Below are positions 32,115 through 41,684 of a stretch of 64,000 nt of DNA, piece by piece. The DNA is from Candidatus Poribacteria bacterium (GTDB taxonomy: Bacteria > Poribacteria > WGA-4E > PCPOR2b), in the NCBI GenBank assembly GCA_965222435.1, contig OZ244950.1, positions 1,185,915 through 1,249,914 on the forward strand. The letters run 5' to 3'. Below the pieces are notes generated by a model. That model ran no database searches. It was given only the letters and a program-made list of their open reading frames with translations, and was not told the origin of the DNA. The position numbers and the translations under genes were made by a program. Every line of letters starts with the position of its first letter. Position 1 is the first letter of the stretch.

Positions 32115-32782
32115 GAATCCTCCGTTGATAGTAGTAGGCATACTCCGTATGCCGTAATCTCTGTTTGCTTAAATTCCCAGCGAGACGACAGCATCGTAGG
32201 TTGGGTTGAACGGTTGAAAGTGCCTGTCTACCAGAGAGTAGAGTTTTTCCCTCTCAACGCCACATTCTCACAGATAGCGAGATTCAAACCCAACACTCAC
32301 AAAACCGATTGTATCATAGGACATTCCGGCGCGTCCAGAAAAATAGGGAGGAGCGGATTTGCGTTTCTTTGTCTCGCTTTTCTATATTTATGCTATCATA
32401 TTGGCTATTCCAATCCAGAATGTAACCTAACGCAAGTCGCTAGTGTTGAAAATCCATCAGTTTGCTGTTAAAGCTGAAGGACTCTACTTTCGCTCCAGAG
32501 GAGCGGTATGTCTATAGAACGGCGATAAGTTCAATCCCTGCGCTCCAGTTGCTTTGAGTCCCGATCTTATCGGGGAGGAGCGCAATGTGTATAGAAATAC
32601 CGAATACGCACATATCAAAGCCTCAGCGGGGCGATATGTGTATCGCATTGGGGTAAAGCACAATAAAGTCAGAGAAGTACCGCTCTCGCACAGTAATCCT
32701 TCTAGCAGTTGTCGAGTATAGAAACTCGACCTACAAGCTATCTACCAACTTGCGTTTAACCTAAGAGAAGGGGGAAGATATT

Positions 32783-32992
32783 ATGCGACACGAAAAATGG
32801 AGTTGCCCCAAATGCGACAATGATGAGTTCGAGACCGATATTTTCCAAGCAACAGGTGGGACATTTGCCAAACTGTTTGATGTCCAAAACAAGAAGTTCA
32901 CGACTGTCTCATGCACACAATGCCAATACACCGAGGTCTACAGAGCAGATATCTCGCGCCTAAGTAACATCTTTGATTTCTTCACCAATTGA
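32783..32992 (+). CDS. Zinc-ribbon protein (CPKC...CTQC)
   Basis: Two CxxC pairs, 69 aa, RBS GGGGGAAG. Confidence 0.5.
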   Translation: MRHEKWSCPKCDNDEFETDIFQATGGTFAKLFDVQNKKFTTVSCTQCQYTEVYRADISRLSNIFDFFTN

Positions 32993-33011
32993 CATCAGGA
33001 GGTGGTGTCTG

Positions 33012-33410
33012 ATGAAGGTATTCACCGACGCTGAAAAGCAGCAACTGCAAGCCAAAATTGAAGACGAACAGGAACGGCAGCGGGTGCTTAGAGAAGTCGC
33101 CCAAATCGAAAAGGAAAAGGAGTCAAAAAGGAGCAAAGGTATAATTTCAACAGCATTAAGCTATAAATATGTTATGCTGGGATTTCTTCTTTTTGTCCTC
33201 ATTGGGTACATAATTCTGCTGCCTCCGCAAAATTATAGTTATCATAACTACCTCGGTCCCATAACACTGTTGATGGTAATATTTAATCACATCGCGTGGA
33301 ATTTCACAAAAAGAGGTCGGTTAAGCCGCGTGATGAAAACGATTGCATGGATTTGGATCGTATTTGTATGTGTCTACCTGTTTTGGCTATTTAAGACTGG
33401 TGCTGCCTGA
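33012..33410 (+). CDS. Small membrane protein (coiled N-terminus, 3 predicted TM segments)
   Basis: RBS AGGAGG before the ATG at 33012; hydrophobic stretches. Confidence 0.4.
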   Translation: MKVFTDAEKQQLQAKIEDEQERQRVLREVAQIEKEKESKRSKGIISTALSYKYVMLGFLLFVLIGYIILLPPQNYSYHNYLGPITLLMVIFNHIAWNFTKRGRLSRVMKTIAWIWIVFVCVYLFWLFKTGAA

Positions 33411-33437
33411 CATATCGGCGGCGAAGGAGAGTGGAAC

Positions 33438-34715
33438 ATGAGCGAAGCATTCCTTGAGAAAATTGATGTGTTCCTGCCCGGACAGGGTGAGGAGTTGGCG
33501 CAAGCCCCTGCCCATCATTGGGAGCGGGCGGAGCGTGCCAGTGCTCAAATCTACTATAGCACACGCGAGCCGAAATCTGTCCTCATCCATCTGACAGGGC
33601 TGACCAGAGAGGAGAGGAAAACCCTCGCCGATATGCCGATTGAGGTGGATCTTTCAGCCTTGAAATATCACGACTACGACGGGTTCGGTGTCCATTTGCC
33701 GGGGCTGATCGTCACAACGCAAGGGACGGCTATCGCCGCCTGCCAAAAACGACACGGTTCGATGGGGGACGGCGGCAACCAAGTTGACATCTTAATGGCA
33801 CGTAGCGAGGATGATGGTACCACTTGGCAGCGGCAGGAGGTCATCTTCGAGGAAGCGGGGGCATACACCTATCTCGGTCCTATCTTCGAGGATTGCACGA
33901 CGAGTGCTGTATTCGTGGCTTTCTGGAAGATGCCCGCCGACATCTTGGACGACCTCGGTTACTTCAGCGAATACGCCAAACAAGGAGGCGGTTTCTATCT
34001 GCTCAAGAGCACCGATGAAGGACGGAGTTGGTCTGATCCATTCTATGTACGCCCGAAACCGAACGCTGATGGATGGGTGGGCTGGCCCAACAACTGCGTC
34101 CACGGTATCCAACTCGCTTGTGGTCCCCGTAAGGGACGGTTGGTCATACCGGCATTTCTTTACAAGGAAGGCGAACCGGGACAGGTGCCAGGGGTTCGTG
34201 GCGGGTTATTGTACAGCGACGACCACGGACAGAGTTGGAAAGCGGGTGCTGTCCTACCCGAAGGCTCGGACGAAGTCAGTCTCGTAGAGACCGCGGGTGG
34301 TGGCATCTACGTCAGTTATCGTAAGAACACACTTGCCACCGGCAAACGCCACTTCGCACGCAGCAGCGATTACGGCGAGACCTTCTGTGAAGGTGGTCAA
34401 CATGAGGAGGTGACAGACTCCAATCTCCATGCCGGCTTAATCCGCCACTGTGGAGGTGAGGAAGGAAGTAAAGATCTCCTCCTATTTTCCAGTCCATCAC
34501 CGACGAAAGATATGACAATCCGCATGAGCCGGGACGAAGGCAAGAGTTGGGATATTTCGTGCAGGGTTGAGCGGGGTTTGTCACGCTATTCCGACCTTGC
34601 AGTGACCGCCGACGGGACAATCCTCTGTCTGTATACCAATGGGGTGGTTCGCGACAGGGAAAAGGTCAGCGTGGCACGATTTAGCTTGGAATGGTTGACG
34701 GGTAGCAGCGATTAG
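33438..34715 (+). CDS. BNR-repeat exo-alpha-sialidase-like glycosidase
   Basis: Five Asp-box motifs: SEDDGTTW, STDEGRSW, SDDHGQSW, SSDYGETF, SRDEGKSW. Confidence 0.8.
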   Translation: MSEAFLEKIDVFLPGQGEELAQAPAHHWERAERASAQIYYSTREPKSVLIHLTGLTREERKTLADMPIEVDLSALKYHDYDGFGVHLPGLIVTTQGTAIAACQKRHGSMGDGGNQVDILMARSEDDGTTWQRQEVIFEEAGAYTYLGPIFEDCTTSAVFVAFWKMPADILDDLGYFSEYAKQGGGFYLLKSTDEGRSWSDPFYVRPKPNADGWVGWPNNCVHGIQLACGPRKGRLVIPAFLYKEGEPGQVPGVRGGLLYSDDHGQSWKAGAVLPEGSDEVSLVETAGGGIYVSYRKNTLATGKRHFARSSDYGETFCEGGQHEEVTDSNLHAGLIRHCGGEEGSKDLLLFSSPSPTKDMTIRMSRDEGKSWDISCRVERGLSRYSDLAVTADGTILCLYTNGVVRDREKVSVARFSLEWLTGSSD

Positions 34716-34733
34716 GCGAGGGTGAATCGTAAT

Positions 34734-35489
34734 CTAGCGGGTTTCGTACCTGTCCGCACGGTTGTGTCCCAAAAGACCGGGACACAGCTGCTGCATTTCA
34801 GGCGGCATCCGCTCGTATGTCTCGGGCCAAATCGGTTGATGACCACCTTCGATCCAGTTGTTGAACCACGGCGGGTAATAGGCGATATTCAATCCGACGC
34901 GGATCTGATCGCTTATATTTGCGCGAGCTTGGTGATAGGTGCCGCCATGCCACATAATTACTGAGCCTGCCCTGCCAGTAATCGGCTTGATCAACGGGCT
35001 ATCTGGGTTGATGTCCGATGGCGGAGTCTTCCGACGCGATCGGTGGCTCATTGGTACCACACCCGTTGCACCGTTCTCCTCCGTAAAGTCCGTCAGCATC
35101 CAGATGCTGTTGATAATCCACGGCACATCCGGCACTTCATGGAATTCACGCGCGGAATCCACGTGCAGATGCTGCCCCGGCGCACCGGGCCAAGTCGGCT
35201 TGGAACACGCCTCAACCACCCGACAATTCTGCCCCAAAAAATGCCGTGCAACCGCCACCGTATCCGGATGGCTAGCGCACATCCATACGCGATCGTCCAG
35301 ATTCATCATGCCAAATAACGTCTGATAGTACTGATCACCCGTGTTGTAAATTTGGCACTTCGGGTCAGTGTGCAATTCAAGGAACCGTTCCGCCATGCGT
35401 CGTGCTGTGTCTTTGGGGATACGATCCTCAAGCAGGCAGTAGCCGTAAGTTGCCAAGCAATCTATTGCGGCTTTGACGTCACTGTTCAT
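34734..35489 (-). CDS. PhyH-family dioxygenase
   Basis: Size and the H-x-D...H pattern (LHVDS, WHGGTYH). Confidence 0.7.
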   Translation of the reverse strand: MNSDVKAAIDCLATYGYCLLEDRIPKDTARRMAERFLELHTDPKCQIYNTGDQYYQTLFGMMNLDDRVWMCASHPDTVAVARHFLGQNCRVVEACSKPTWPGAPGQHLHVDSAREFHEVPDVPWIINSIWMLTDFTEENGATGVVPMSHRSRRKTPPSDINPDSPLIKPITGRAGSVIMWHGGTYHQARANISDQIRVGLNIAYYPPWFNNWIEGGHQPIWPETYERMPPEMQQLCPGLLGHNRADRYETR

Positions 35490-35601
35490 CTGCTTCTCCT
35501 TTGCAGATTGCCGTTAAGAAATAGGTGTTGCATGTAGCGCGCGTTTCACGACAAGGCGCGGTAATACACACGCGCCCTGTCCGACAATCCACATCTCTGG
35601 C

Positions 35602-36480
35602 TTAGACAGGCATGGTCCTGCCGCTATGAGCCCTTCCAGCAGCGGCTATTTCAGGACTCCCGCCCATAACCCTCACGCCCCCATCAATTCGTTCGCCGAT
35701 TGTCTCTGCGGGACCACCTTCCAAGAATGCGACCCCCACCTCCTTACACGCGGTATATACCCGGTTTCTCGCCTCAAGCATTTCGGGCGGATGCGGACTT
35801 GGGGTGTTCTTGTAACCAAACGACATACCGAGATCCCCAGGTCCCCATTCGGCAAAGGCGATGCCGGGCACCCGAAGCGTCATTTCAGTATTAGCGATTG
35901 CCCGCACGTTCTCGATTTTCAGCCCAAGCATCAGTTCACCGTCGGGGTTAAGGGGCCAAGGGTCAGCTTTTCCTAGGTAATCATCGACAGAAATGCCCCA
36001 AATGGGTGCTGCGGATCCCTGTCCTGCTGAACCCCTGCGTCCGACGTTCAGTTGCGTACCGACGCCAATCGTCTGAAACGGATACCGGCAGCATTCGACA
36101 AATGCCTTCACCGCTTCTGGAGACTCCGCATGACACAGGAGCAGACCATGTACACCTATCGCCAGTAGCTGCCTGAGCTGCCACGCATTCGCTCGGATGA
36201 CATCAGGACTGGAACCATCCATCGGCAACTCTACGACGACCGCCGGCGTCCGGTGACCACTGTTAGTTGGTCCACCGTCCACAAGCCCGCGCATAAAATT
36301 CTCCAGACCCACCAAATCGAAGGGGCCATGCTCCATACCGAGGTTGATGTAGTCTGCCCATGTTTTTGCCATCTCCTTGCCAGCCTCATAGGTGAGATTG
36401 GCACCTGTGTGACTGCCTGTGTAATAGACCGGCTGATCTTGCTCAAGTAACTCAATTGCTTTGTTGACTCGCTTCGGCAT
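35602..36480 (-). CDS. HpcH/HpaI aldolase / citrate-lyase beta-like family
   Basis: DYINLGMEHGPFD motif and TIM-barrel-like pattern. Confidence 0.7.
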   Translation of the reverse strand: MPKRVNKAIELLEQDQPVYYTGSHTGANLTYEAGKEMAKTWADYINLGMEHGPFDLVGLENFMRGLVDGGPTNSGHRTPAVVVELPMDGSSPDVIRANAWQLRQLLAIGVHGLLLCHAESPEAVKAFVECCRYPFQTIGVGTQLNVGRRGSAGQGSAAPIWGISVDDYLGKADPWPLNPDGELMLGLKIENVRAIANTEMTLRVPGIAFAEWGPGDLGMSFGYKNTPSPHPPEMLEARNRVYTACKEVGVAFLEGGPAETIGERIDGGVRVMGGSPEIAAAGRAHSGRTMPV

Positions 36481-36505
36481 AATTAACCTCTCTTACAAAA
36501 AATAA

Positions 36506-36813
36506 CTAGGGCGTGTTGACATTTATGTAAAACTGTCCATAATCGTAGGGGCGAGGTTTCCTCGCCCATTGACCAACGCGAGTTGGAACCCCCAAACCAT
36601 ACGGGTTGAGTTGATTGTAGGTCGAGATTCATATCTCGACACCGAACCGTCGATTTTGGAAAATCGACCTACAGCAGTTCAAAATCGTCCCTGGTCTCGG
36701 AACGGACTATGATGTGTGACCAAAGGGTTGGGAAACCCAACCCCTACGAAGGACCAAGTGTCTGTGCACACCTCTCGATTATCTGATTACGATGAAATGT
36801 CAACAGAACCTAG
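36506..36813 (-). repeat. Copy A of the 310-bp MITE-like composite of REP hairpins (inverted relative to B and C)
   Basis: Termini are CTAGGGCGTGTTGACAT...ATGTCAACAGAACCTAG. It aligns by eye with 44864-45173 and 53382-53694, and carries an extra 18-nt insertion at 36690-36707. Confidence 0.85.
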
Positions 36814-36942
36814 TTTGTCTTAGCGATTTCAATCGCTCAAAAGATTCATCAATACAAGAAAAAATTATAGCATAGTTGCAGATTTGAGTCAAACAGTGAA
36901 TCCGACGCGCATCTGCACATTTCTATATTCGTCGCTCCCACC

Positions 36943-36971
36943 TTGACATTCCCGCGTGTCAAAAGTATAAT
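36943..36971 (+). promoter_or_regulatory. Perfect-consensus sigma70 promoter upstream of the TPR-cimA genes
   Basis: TTGACA, 17 nt, TATAAT. Confidence 0.6.
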
Positions 36972-37064
36972 GATTAGGTTATCTACTAATCAAATGGCTT
37001 CTTCGCACGAATCGAACGGGAGCGGGATCCCGACTCGTCGGGATAAGCGAAAGCGAGAAAAAAC

Positions 37065-37382
37065 ATGGCAACAAAAGAGGAACTTTACGATCAGGCTTTA
37101 ACGCATTTCGGGAACAACGAACTTGAGACAGCGGTCACTGCGTTCAATATGCTCGTCGAACAATACCCCAATGATGTGGACGGACATATTGGGCTTGGAC
37201 ACGCATACGAGCGGATGGGCAGATATGATGATGCGATTGAAGCAATCAAAAAAGCAATTGAGGTGGACCCGAATGATCCACTTAATTACACCAGTTTATC
37301 GATGTGTTACCAGCGCAAAGGAATGATTCAGGAAGCGGAAGACGCAATGGCAAAATCGCACCAGTTGCAGACGGGAACATAA
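37065..37382 (+). CDS. TPR-repeat protein
   Basis: Three TPR-like units (AVTAFNMLVEQYPNDVDGHIGLGHAYERMGRYDDAIEAIKKAIEVDPND). Confidence 0.7.
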   Translation: MATKEELYDQALTHFGNNELETAVTAFNMLVEQYPNDVDGHIGLGHAYERMGRYDDAIEAIKKAIEVDPNDPLNYTSLSMCYQRKGMIQEAEDAMAKSHQLQTGT

Positions 37383-37420
37383 TACACAGTATTTGCAAAC
37401 GAGGAGGAAACACAAGCAAT

Positions 37421-38989
37421 ATGCTTGAACTTTACGATACAACACTCAGAGACGGAAACCAAGGGGAGGGGGTCTCTTTCTCCGTTGAGGACAAGCTGCT
37501 TATCATCAAAGCCCTTGACCGTCTGGGCATCCATTACATCGAAGGCGGATATCCCGGCTCAAATCCAAAAGATATGGAGTTTTTCAAAGGTGCGAAGTCA
37601 CTTCAACTCCAGCAGGCGGTAGTCGTGCCTTTCGGCAGCACGCGCCACCCACGCCATCAACCTAGCGAAGACCCCAATCTTTTAGCGTTACTGGATACGG
37701 GTGCCCGCACTGTCACAATTTTCGGAAAAAGTTGGGAGCTCCACGCCACAGACGTGCTCCGTGTTACAGCACAGGAAAACATTGAACTTATCGAAAGCTC
37801 AGTCCGTTTTCTGGTCGAGAACGGACGTGAGGTCATATACGACGCAGAACACTTCTTTGACGGCTATGACGACCAGCCGGATTACGCCCTGCAAACACTC
37901 AAAGCGGCAGCCCAAGCCGGCGCAAGATGCGTCGTATTATGCGACACGAACGGGGGACGCTTGCCCCTAGAAATTCAGGAAGGTGTGCGAGCCGTCATGG
38001 CGGAGATTGGTCTGCCGGTCGGCATCCACGCCCATAACGATGCTGGCATGGGGGTCGCAAACGCTATCCTTGCTGTGCAAGCAGGGGCAGCGCATGTACA
38101 GGGAACGTTCAACGGCTACGGTGAACGCTGCGGTAATGCGAACCTCGCCTCTATCATCCCGACGCTCAAACTCAAGCTGGGGATTGACTGCATCAGCGGG
38201 GAGGGACTCAACCAATTGACAGAGACATCACGCCTCATCAGTGAACTGGCGAACCTGCCGCACGACGAGCGTCAGCCGTACGTCGGGAGTTCTGCTTTCG
38301 CCCACAAAGGCGGTATGCACATTGATGCTGTGCGCAAGAATTCACGCACCTTTGAACATATAGATCCGGAGCTAGTTGGCAATGAGCAACGCATCCTAAT
38401 CTCAGATCAGGCGGGCAAAAGTGCTATCCTGAAAAAGATCGAAAGACGCTATCCAAATTACGACAAGAATTCACCAGAAGTCATTGCTCTTTTTGATCGG
38501 TTGAAAGAGGCGGAAAATGAAGGCTACCAATATGAGGCAGCCGATGCGTCATTTGAGCTGCTAACCCGCACACTCTTGGACGGCTATCAGCCATTTTTTG
38601 ATCTGCTCGGATTTCGCGTGATTATTGAAAAAGTCAAAGACCGTGGCATCCGGTCTGAAGCGACGATTAAAGTAATGGCACCCGATGGTGAAGTCGAACA
38701 CACCGCCGCTGATGGCGATGGGCCCGTCAATGCCCTCGACAGCGCCCTGCGCAAAGCCCTTGAGCGTTTCTATCCTTCGCTACAGGAGGTCCATCTGACC
38801 GACTATAAGGTACGCGTTTTGGACACCCAAGCTGGCACCGGCGCAAAAGTTCGAGTGCTGATTGAAGCAAGTGATGGGCGAGAGTATTGGGGTACGGTTG
38901 GCGTATCAGAAAACATCATACAGGCAAGCTGGGAAGCCCTCACCGATAGTTTGGAGTACAAGCTCTACAAAGACAGTCGTGAGACGTAA
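37421..38989 (+). CDS. cimA: Citramalate synthase (CimA; 2-isopropylmalate synthase family)
   Basis: MLELYDTTLRDGNQGEGVSFS, HAHND, and a C-terminal LeuA-dimer-like domain. The start follows the RBS GAGGAGG (the track start 37304 is rejected). Confidence 0.8.
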   Translation: MLELYDTTLRDGNQGEGVSFSVEDKLLIIKALDRLGIHYIEGGYPGSNPKDMEFFKGAKSLQLQQAVVVPFGSTRHPRHQPSEDPNLLALLDTGARTVTIFGKSWELHATDVLRVTAQENIELIESSVRFLVENGREVIYDAEHFFDGYDDQPDYALQTLKAAAQAGARCVVLCDTNGGRLPLEIQEGVRAVMAEIGLPVGIHAHNDAGMGVANAILAVQAGAAHVQGTFNGYGERCGNANLASIIPTLKLKLGIDCISGEGLNQLTETSRLISELANLPHDERQPYVGSSAFAHKGGMHIDAVRKNSRTFEHIDPELVGNEQRILISDQAGKSAILKKIERRYPNYDKNSPEVIALFDRLKEAENEGYQYEAADASFELLTRTLLDGYQPFFDLLGFRVIIEKVKDRGIRSEATIKVMAPDGEVEHTAADGDGPVNALDSALRKALERFYPSLQEVHLTDYKVRVLDTQAGTGAKVRVLIEASDGREYWGTVGVSENIIQASWEALTDSLEYKLYKDSRET

Positions 38990-39052
38990 AACATGATCCG
39001 TGATAATTTGCAAATGGAACGAGAAAAATCAACTCCAAATCAGTCTTAATGC

Positions 39053-39081
39053 TTGACAGGAACACTGCTATTTGTTACAAT
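39053..39081 (+). promoter_or_regulatory. Promoter with an overlapping 21-bp palindrome
   Basis: TTGACA, 17 nt, TACAAT. The palindrome TTGTTACAatataTGTAACAA overlaps the -10. Confidence 0.5.
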
Positions 39082-39122
39082 ATATGTAACAATTCGATAA
39101 TTAAATCGACAGGAGGTTTGGT

Positions 39123-39680
39123 ATGACTGATTTACAACAGATTGCAAAGGCAGCGCAAGAGATTATCCAGATCTGCGAGCAAGAACGAACTAGCAAAGCG
39201 GACAAAGAGAGGCTGCTAAAGCTGCAAGGGGCAATCCTCACGCATATTGAAGGGCTTACTGAATGCGAAGTTTGCGGGTCAATCACGGATCTGGTTGTGA
39301 CGATGACGATCGAGCCGGTGACCGCAAAGCTGTGCAAAGATTGTGGGATAAACGCGATCGAGGCCGGAAAGATTAAAAAAGCTACGACCCGAAAGCGATC
39401 CGCCCAAGCTGCACGGAAAAACGTACCAACGGCAAAGAGAAAGTCGCCGTCACGACAGGTATCACCCAAGAACGCCGATGAGTTATATGCAGAGGTGGAA
39501 AAGGAAACAAGCCTCAAGAAAACGGATATCAAACGCTTGCATAAAATTATTCAAGAGATCGCGGGCCCGATGAATCTTGAGAACACGGTTCTATATGTGA
39601 AACATGAGGCTGAACTCGCGAAACTGAGGATAGAGCAAGACGCTTTGAAGACGGCAGTCACGTTATTAATGGCGGCGTGA
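39123..39680 (+). CDS. Hypothetical protein with a CxxC...CxxC motif and a basic linker
   Basis: ORF with the RBS AGGAGG; no family recognised. Confidence 0.5.
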   Translation: MTDLQQIAKAAQEIIQICEQERTSKADKERLLKLQGAILTHIEGLTECEVCGSITDLVVTMTIEPVTAKLCKDCGINAIEAGKIKKATTRKRSAQAARKNVPTAKRKSPSRQVSPKNADELYAEVEKETSLKKTDIKRLHKIIQEIAGPMNLENTVLYVKHEAELAKLRIEQDALKTAVTLLMAA

Positions 39681-39851
39681 AATTCCGCTTTCACGTCTCA
39701 GGTTACGCCAAATTTCGCCCATTGAATCTTGCGAAGCCTTGGAACTTTTGGAACTTTTAGTCAAACTCGATAATTTCTGAAACAGATTCTTCCCTGATAG
39801 CGTTTAGGATAATACGATCTTGGAAACGATAGGGACAAGGAGGCGCCTACT

Positions 39852-40460
39852 GTGAAAGATAAAATGATCGATGACCTATCGGATCAAGAAGACACACAAT
39901 TGGCAACATTGACAAAGGCTGAGGACGAAGAGGCCTTTCGATCGTTGTTTGATAAACATTACAACTGGGTTTATAGTAAAACATATCGTATGCTATCCAA
40001 TCATCAGGATACGGAGGAAATATCCTTAGATATCTTTATGAAAGTGTGGCAGAAGATCGGGAAGTGGGATACTGTTCAAGGCAGTTTTCAAGCGTGGTTG
40101 AACGTTGTTGCAAAAAACACAATAATCGATGCAATCCGCAAGAAAGAAAGGATTCGCGAGGCACTTTTAAGTATGGAGGATGAATCTGAATTGCCACTTG
40201 TTGAATACCAAGACCAGCGACCAACGCCTGAAAAACAGGTCGAATCCCAAGAAGCCCAAGAGATTCTTGAATGGGCACTCCAGATGGTGAAAAAGCCGAA
40301 TCATCGAGTTGCTTGGATTTTACGCCATCTGGAAGGGTGTAGTATTGCCGAGATTTCGCAAACGCTTCAGCGTAAGGAAGGGACTGTGAAAATTTGGATC
40401 TTCCGTTGCACAGAGGAGTTGCGCCAAATTCTTACCAGAAAGGGTCTAAAATGGGTTTAA
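39852..40460 (+). CDS. ECF-type sigma-70 family RNA polymerase sigma factor
   Basis: Region 2 (FDKHYNWVYSKTYRML, WLNVVAKNTIIDAIRK) and region 4 (SIAEISQTLQRKEGTVKIWIFR). Confidence 0.8.
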   Translation: MKDKMIDDLSDQEDTQLATLTKAEDEEAFRSLFDKHYNWVYSKTYRMLSNHQDTEEISLDIFMKVWQKIGKWDTVQGSFQAWLNVVAKNTIIDAIRKKERIREALLSMEDESELPLVEYQDQRPTPEKQVESQEAQEILEWALQMVKKPNHRVAWILRHLEGCSIAEISQTLQRKEGTVKIWIFRCTEELRQILTRKGLKWV

Positions 40461-40477
40461 TTATTAGGGGGGATAAA

Positions 40478-41581
40478 ATGAAATTTTGGAAAAAGTCTGT
40501 GCAAAATTTCAGTAAAGATGAAGCAAGAAAAGCGGAGATGCTAGAGATTCATACACGCAGAATCCGGGGAGAGAGGTTATCCCGCAAGCAAACCCGACTG
40601 TTAAAGGCAAGCGAACAATATCCAGAACTGGACTCTTTGAAAGAGCTCGTCGATTTTGCACATCACCGTTTCGAGGAAAGAGAAAACGTCAGTCCGCCTC
40701 CTGGCGCGAAACGACGTATCGCTCACAATTTGATGGAGCTGATTGGTCGTGATGCTGCGGAAGATGGCGCGCTGTCAGGAGATGAACTCGGCTTGCAGCC
40801 AGCTTACAGCCCTGATCTGGTCGGAAGTGATAGTGAACTTGCCTTACCACATGTTTCCGGTGATCTGCCGCCGCCAATTCCTGAAGCGGCGGATCCGCTT
40901 AATGAGACCGTCATCCTTGACGATGAAAAGGTCGAATCGGTAACGTCTCCAGTAGAAGAGGCGTGTCACCTGAAATTGAAGGTTGTGCAAGGTGGCGAGC
41001 CTGAACGTGAGTATGACATCTCTTTCCAACCTATGATTATCGGATGTGGGGCTGATGTAGCTGTCCAGTTAGATGCCAACACCCCTGTATCACAGCGTCA
41101 TGCGTTGCTTACCGTTGATGATGATGAACTCCTGATCACAAATCTTGACAGCCATCGCGGTACGTGCGTTGATGGTGCTAAGATTACTGAACCAACACCG
41201 CTTCATGTTGCTTCTAGGATACAGATTGGCGGACAGGTGCTTGAAGTGGTTGCGTTTCGGCGGGATGCTAGTGTCCTTGGTGTCTCCTTTGAAGTCGTAG
41301 AAGGACCAGATGTCGGACAGGTTCACTGGGTCCATTTCAAGGAAATGACAGTCGGGCGCAGCGCAGCGGCGCGAATCAAATTTGCTGATTCAACAGGAAC
41401 CCTCTCCCGCCTACATGCTCGGTTTTATCTGAAAAGCGGCGAGGTATATCTTACCGACCTCGGTAGCAAAAACGGGACTTACGTTGATGGATTTCGTATA
41501 GAAGAGTCAACCGTCATTGAGCAAGGCATGCACATTGGATTCAGTGGAATTGTCTGTGAAGTCATAGACATTGAAGGCTAA
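40478..41581 (+). CDS. Protein with two FHA domains (possible partner or anti-sigma of the ECF sigma)
   Basis: FHA signatures: IGCG...VSQRHALL...NLDSHRGTCVDG and VGRS...LSRLHARF...DLGSKNGTYVDG. Confidence 0.7.
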   Translation: MKFWKKSVQNFSKDEARKAEMLEIHTRRIRGERLSRKQTRLLKASEQYPELDSLKELVDFAHHRFEERENVSPPPGAKRRIAHNLMELIGRDAAEDGALSGDELGLQPAYSPDLVGSDSELALPHVSGDLPPPIPEAADPLNETVILDDEKVESVTSPVEEACHLKLKVVQGGEPEREYDISFQPMIIGCGADVAVQLDANTPVSQRHALLTVDDDELLITNLDSHRGTCVDGAKITEPTPLHVASRIQIGGQVLEVVAFRRDASVLGVSFEVVEGPDVGQVHWVHFKEMTVGRSAAARIKFADSTGTLSRLHARFYLKSGEVYLTDLGSKNGTYVDGFRIEESTVIEQGMHIGFSGIVCEVIDIEG

Positions 41582-41649
41582 CTAGCATCAATCCCAATGC
41601 TTTAGCGTTGGGTCCAACCCCGTTAGTCTTGTTTGGTCGTTAAAAAACG

Positions 41650-41678
41650 TTGATATTGTAAGTCCAAACTAGTATAAT
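41650..41678 (+). promoter_or_regulatory. Near-consensus sigma70 promoter of the orphan structured RNA
   Basis: TTGATA, 17 nt, TATAAT. Confidence 0.6.
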
Positions 41679-41684
41679 TGTTGT

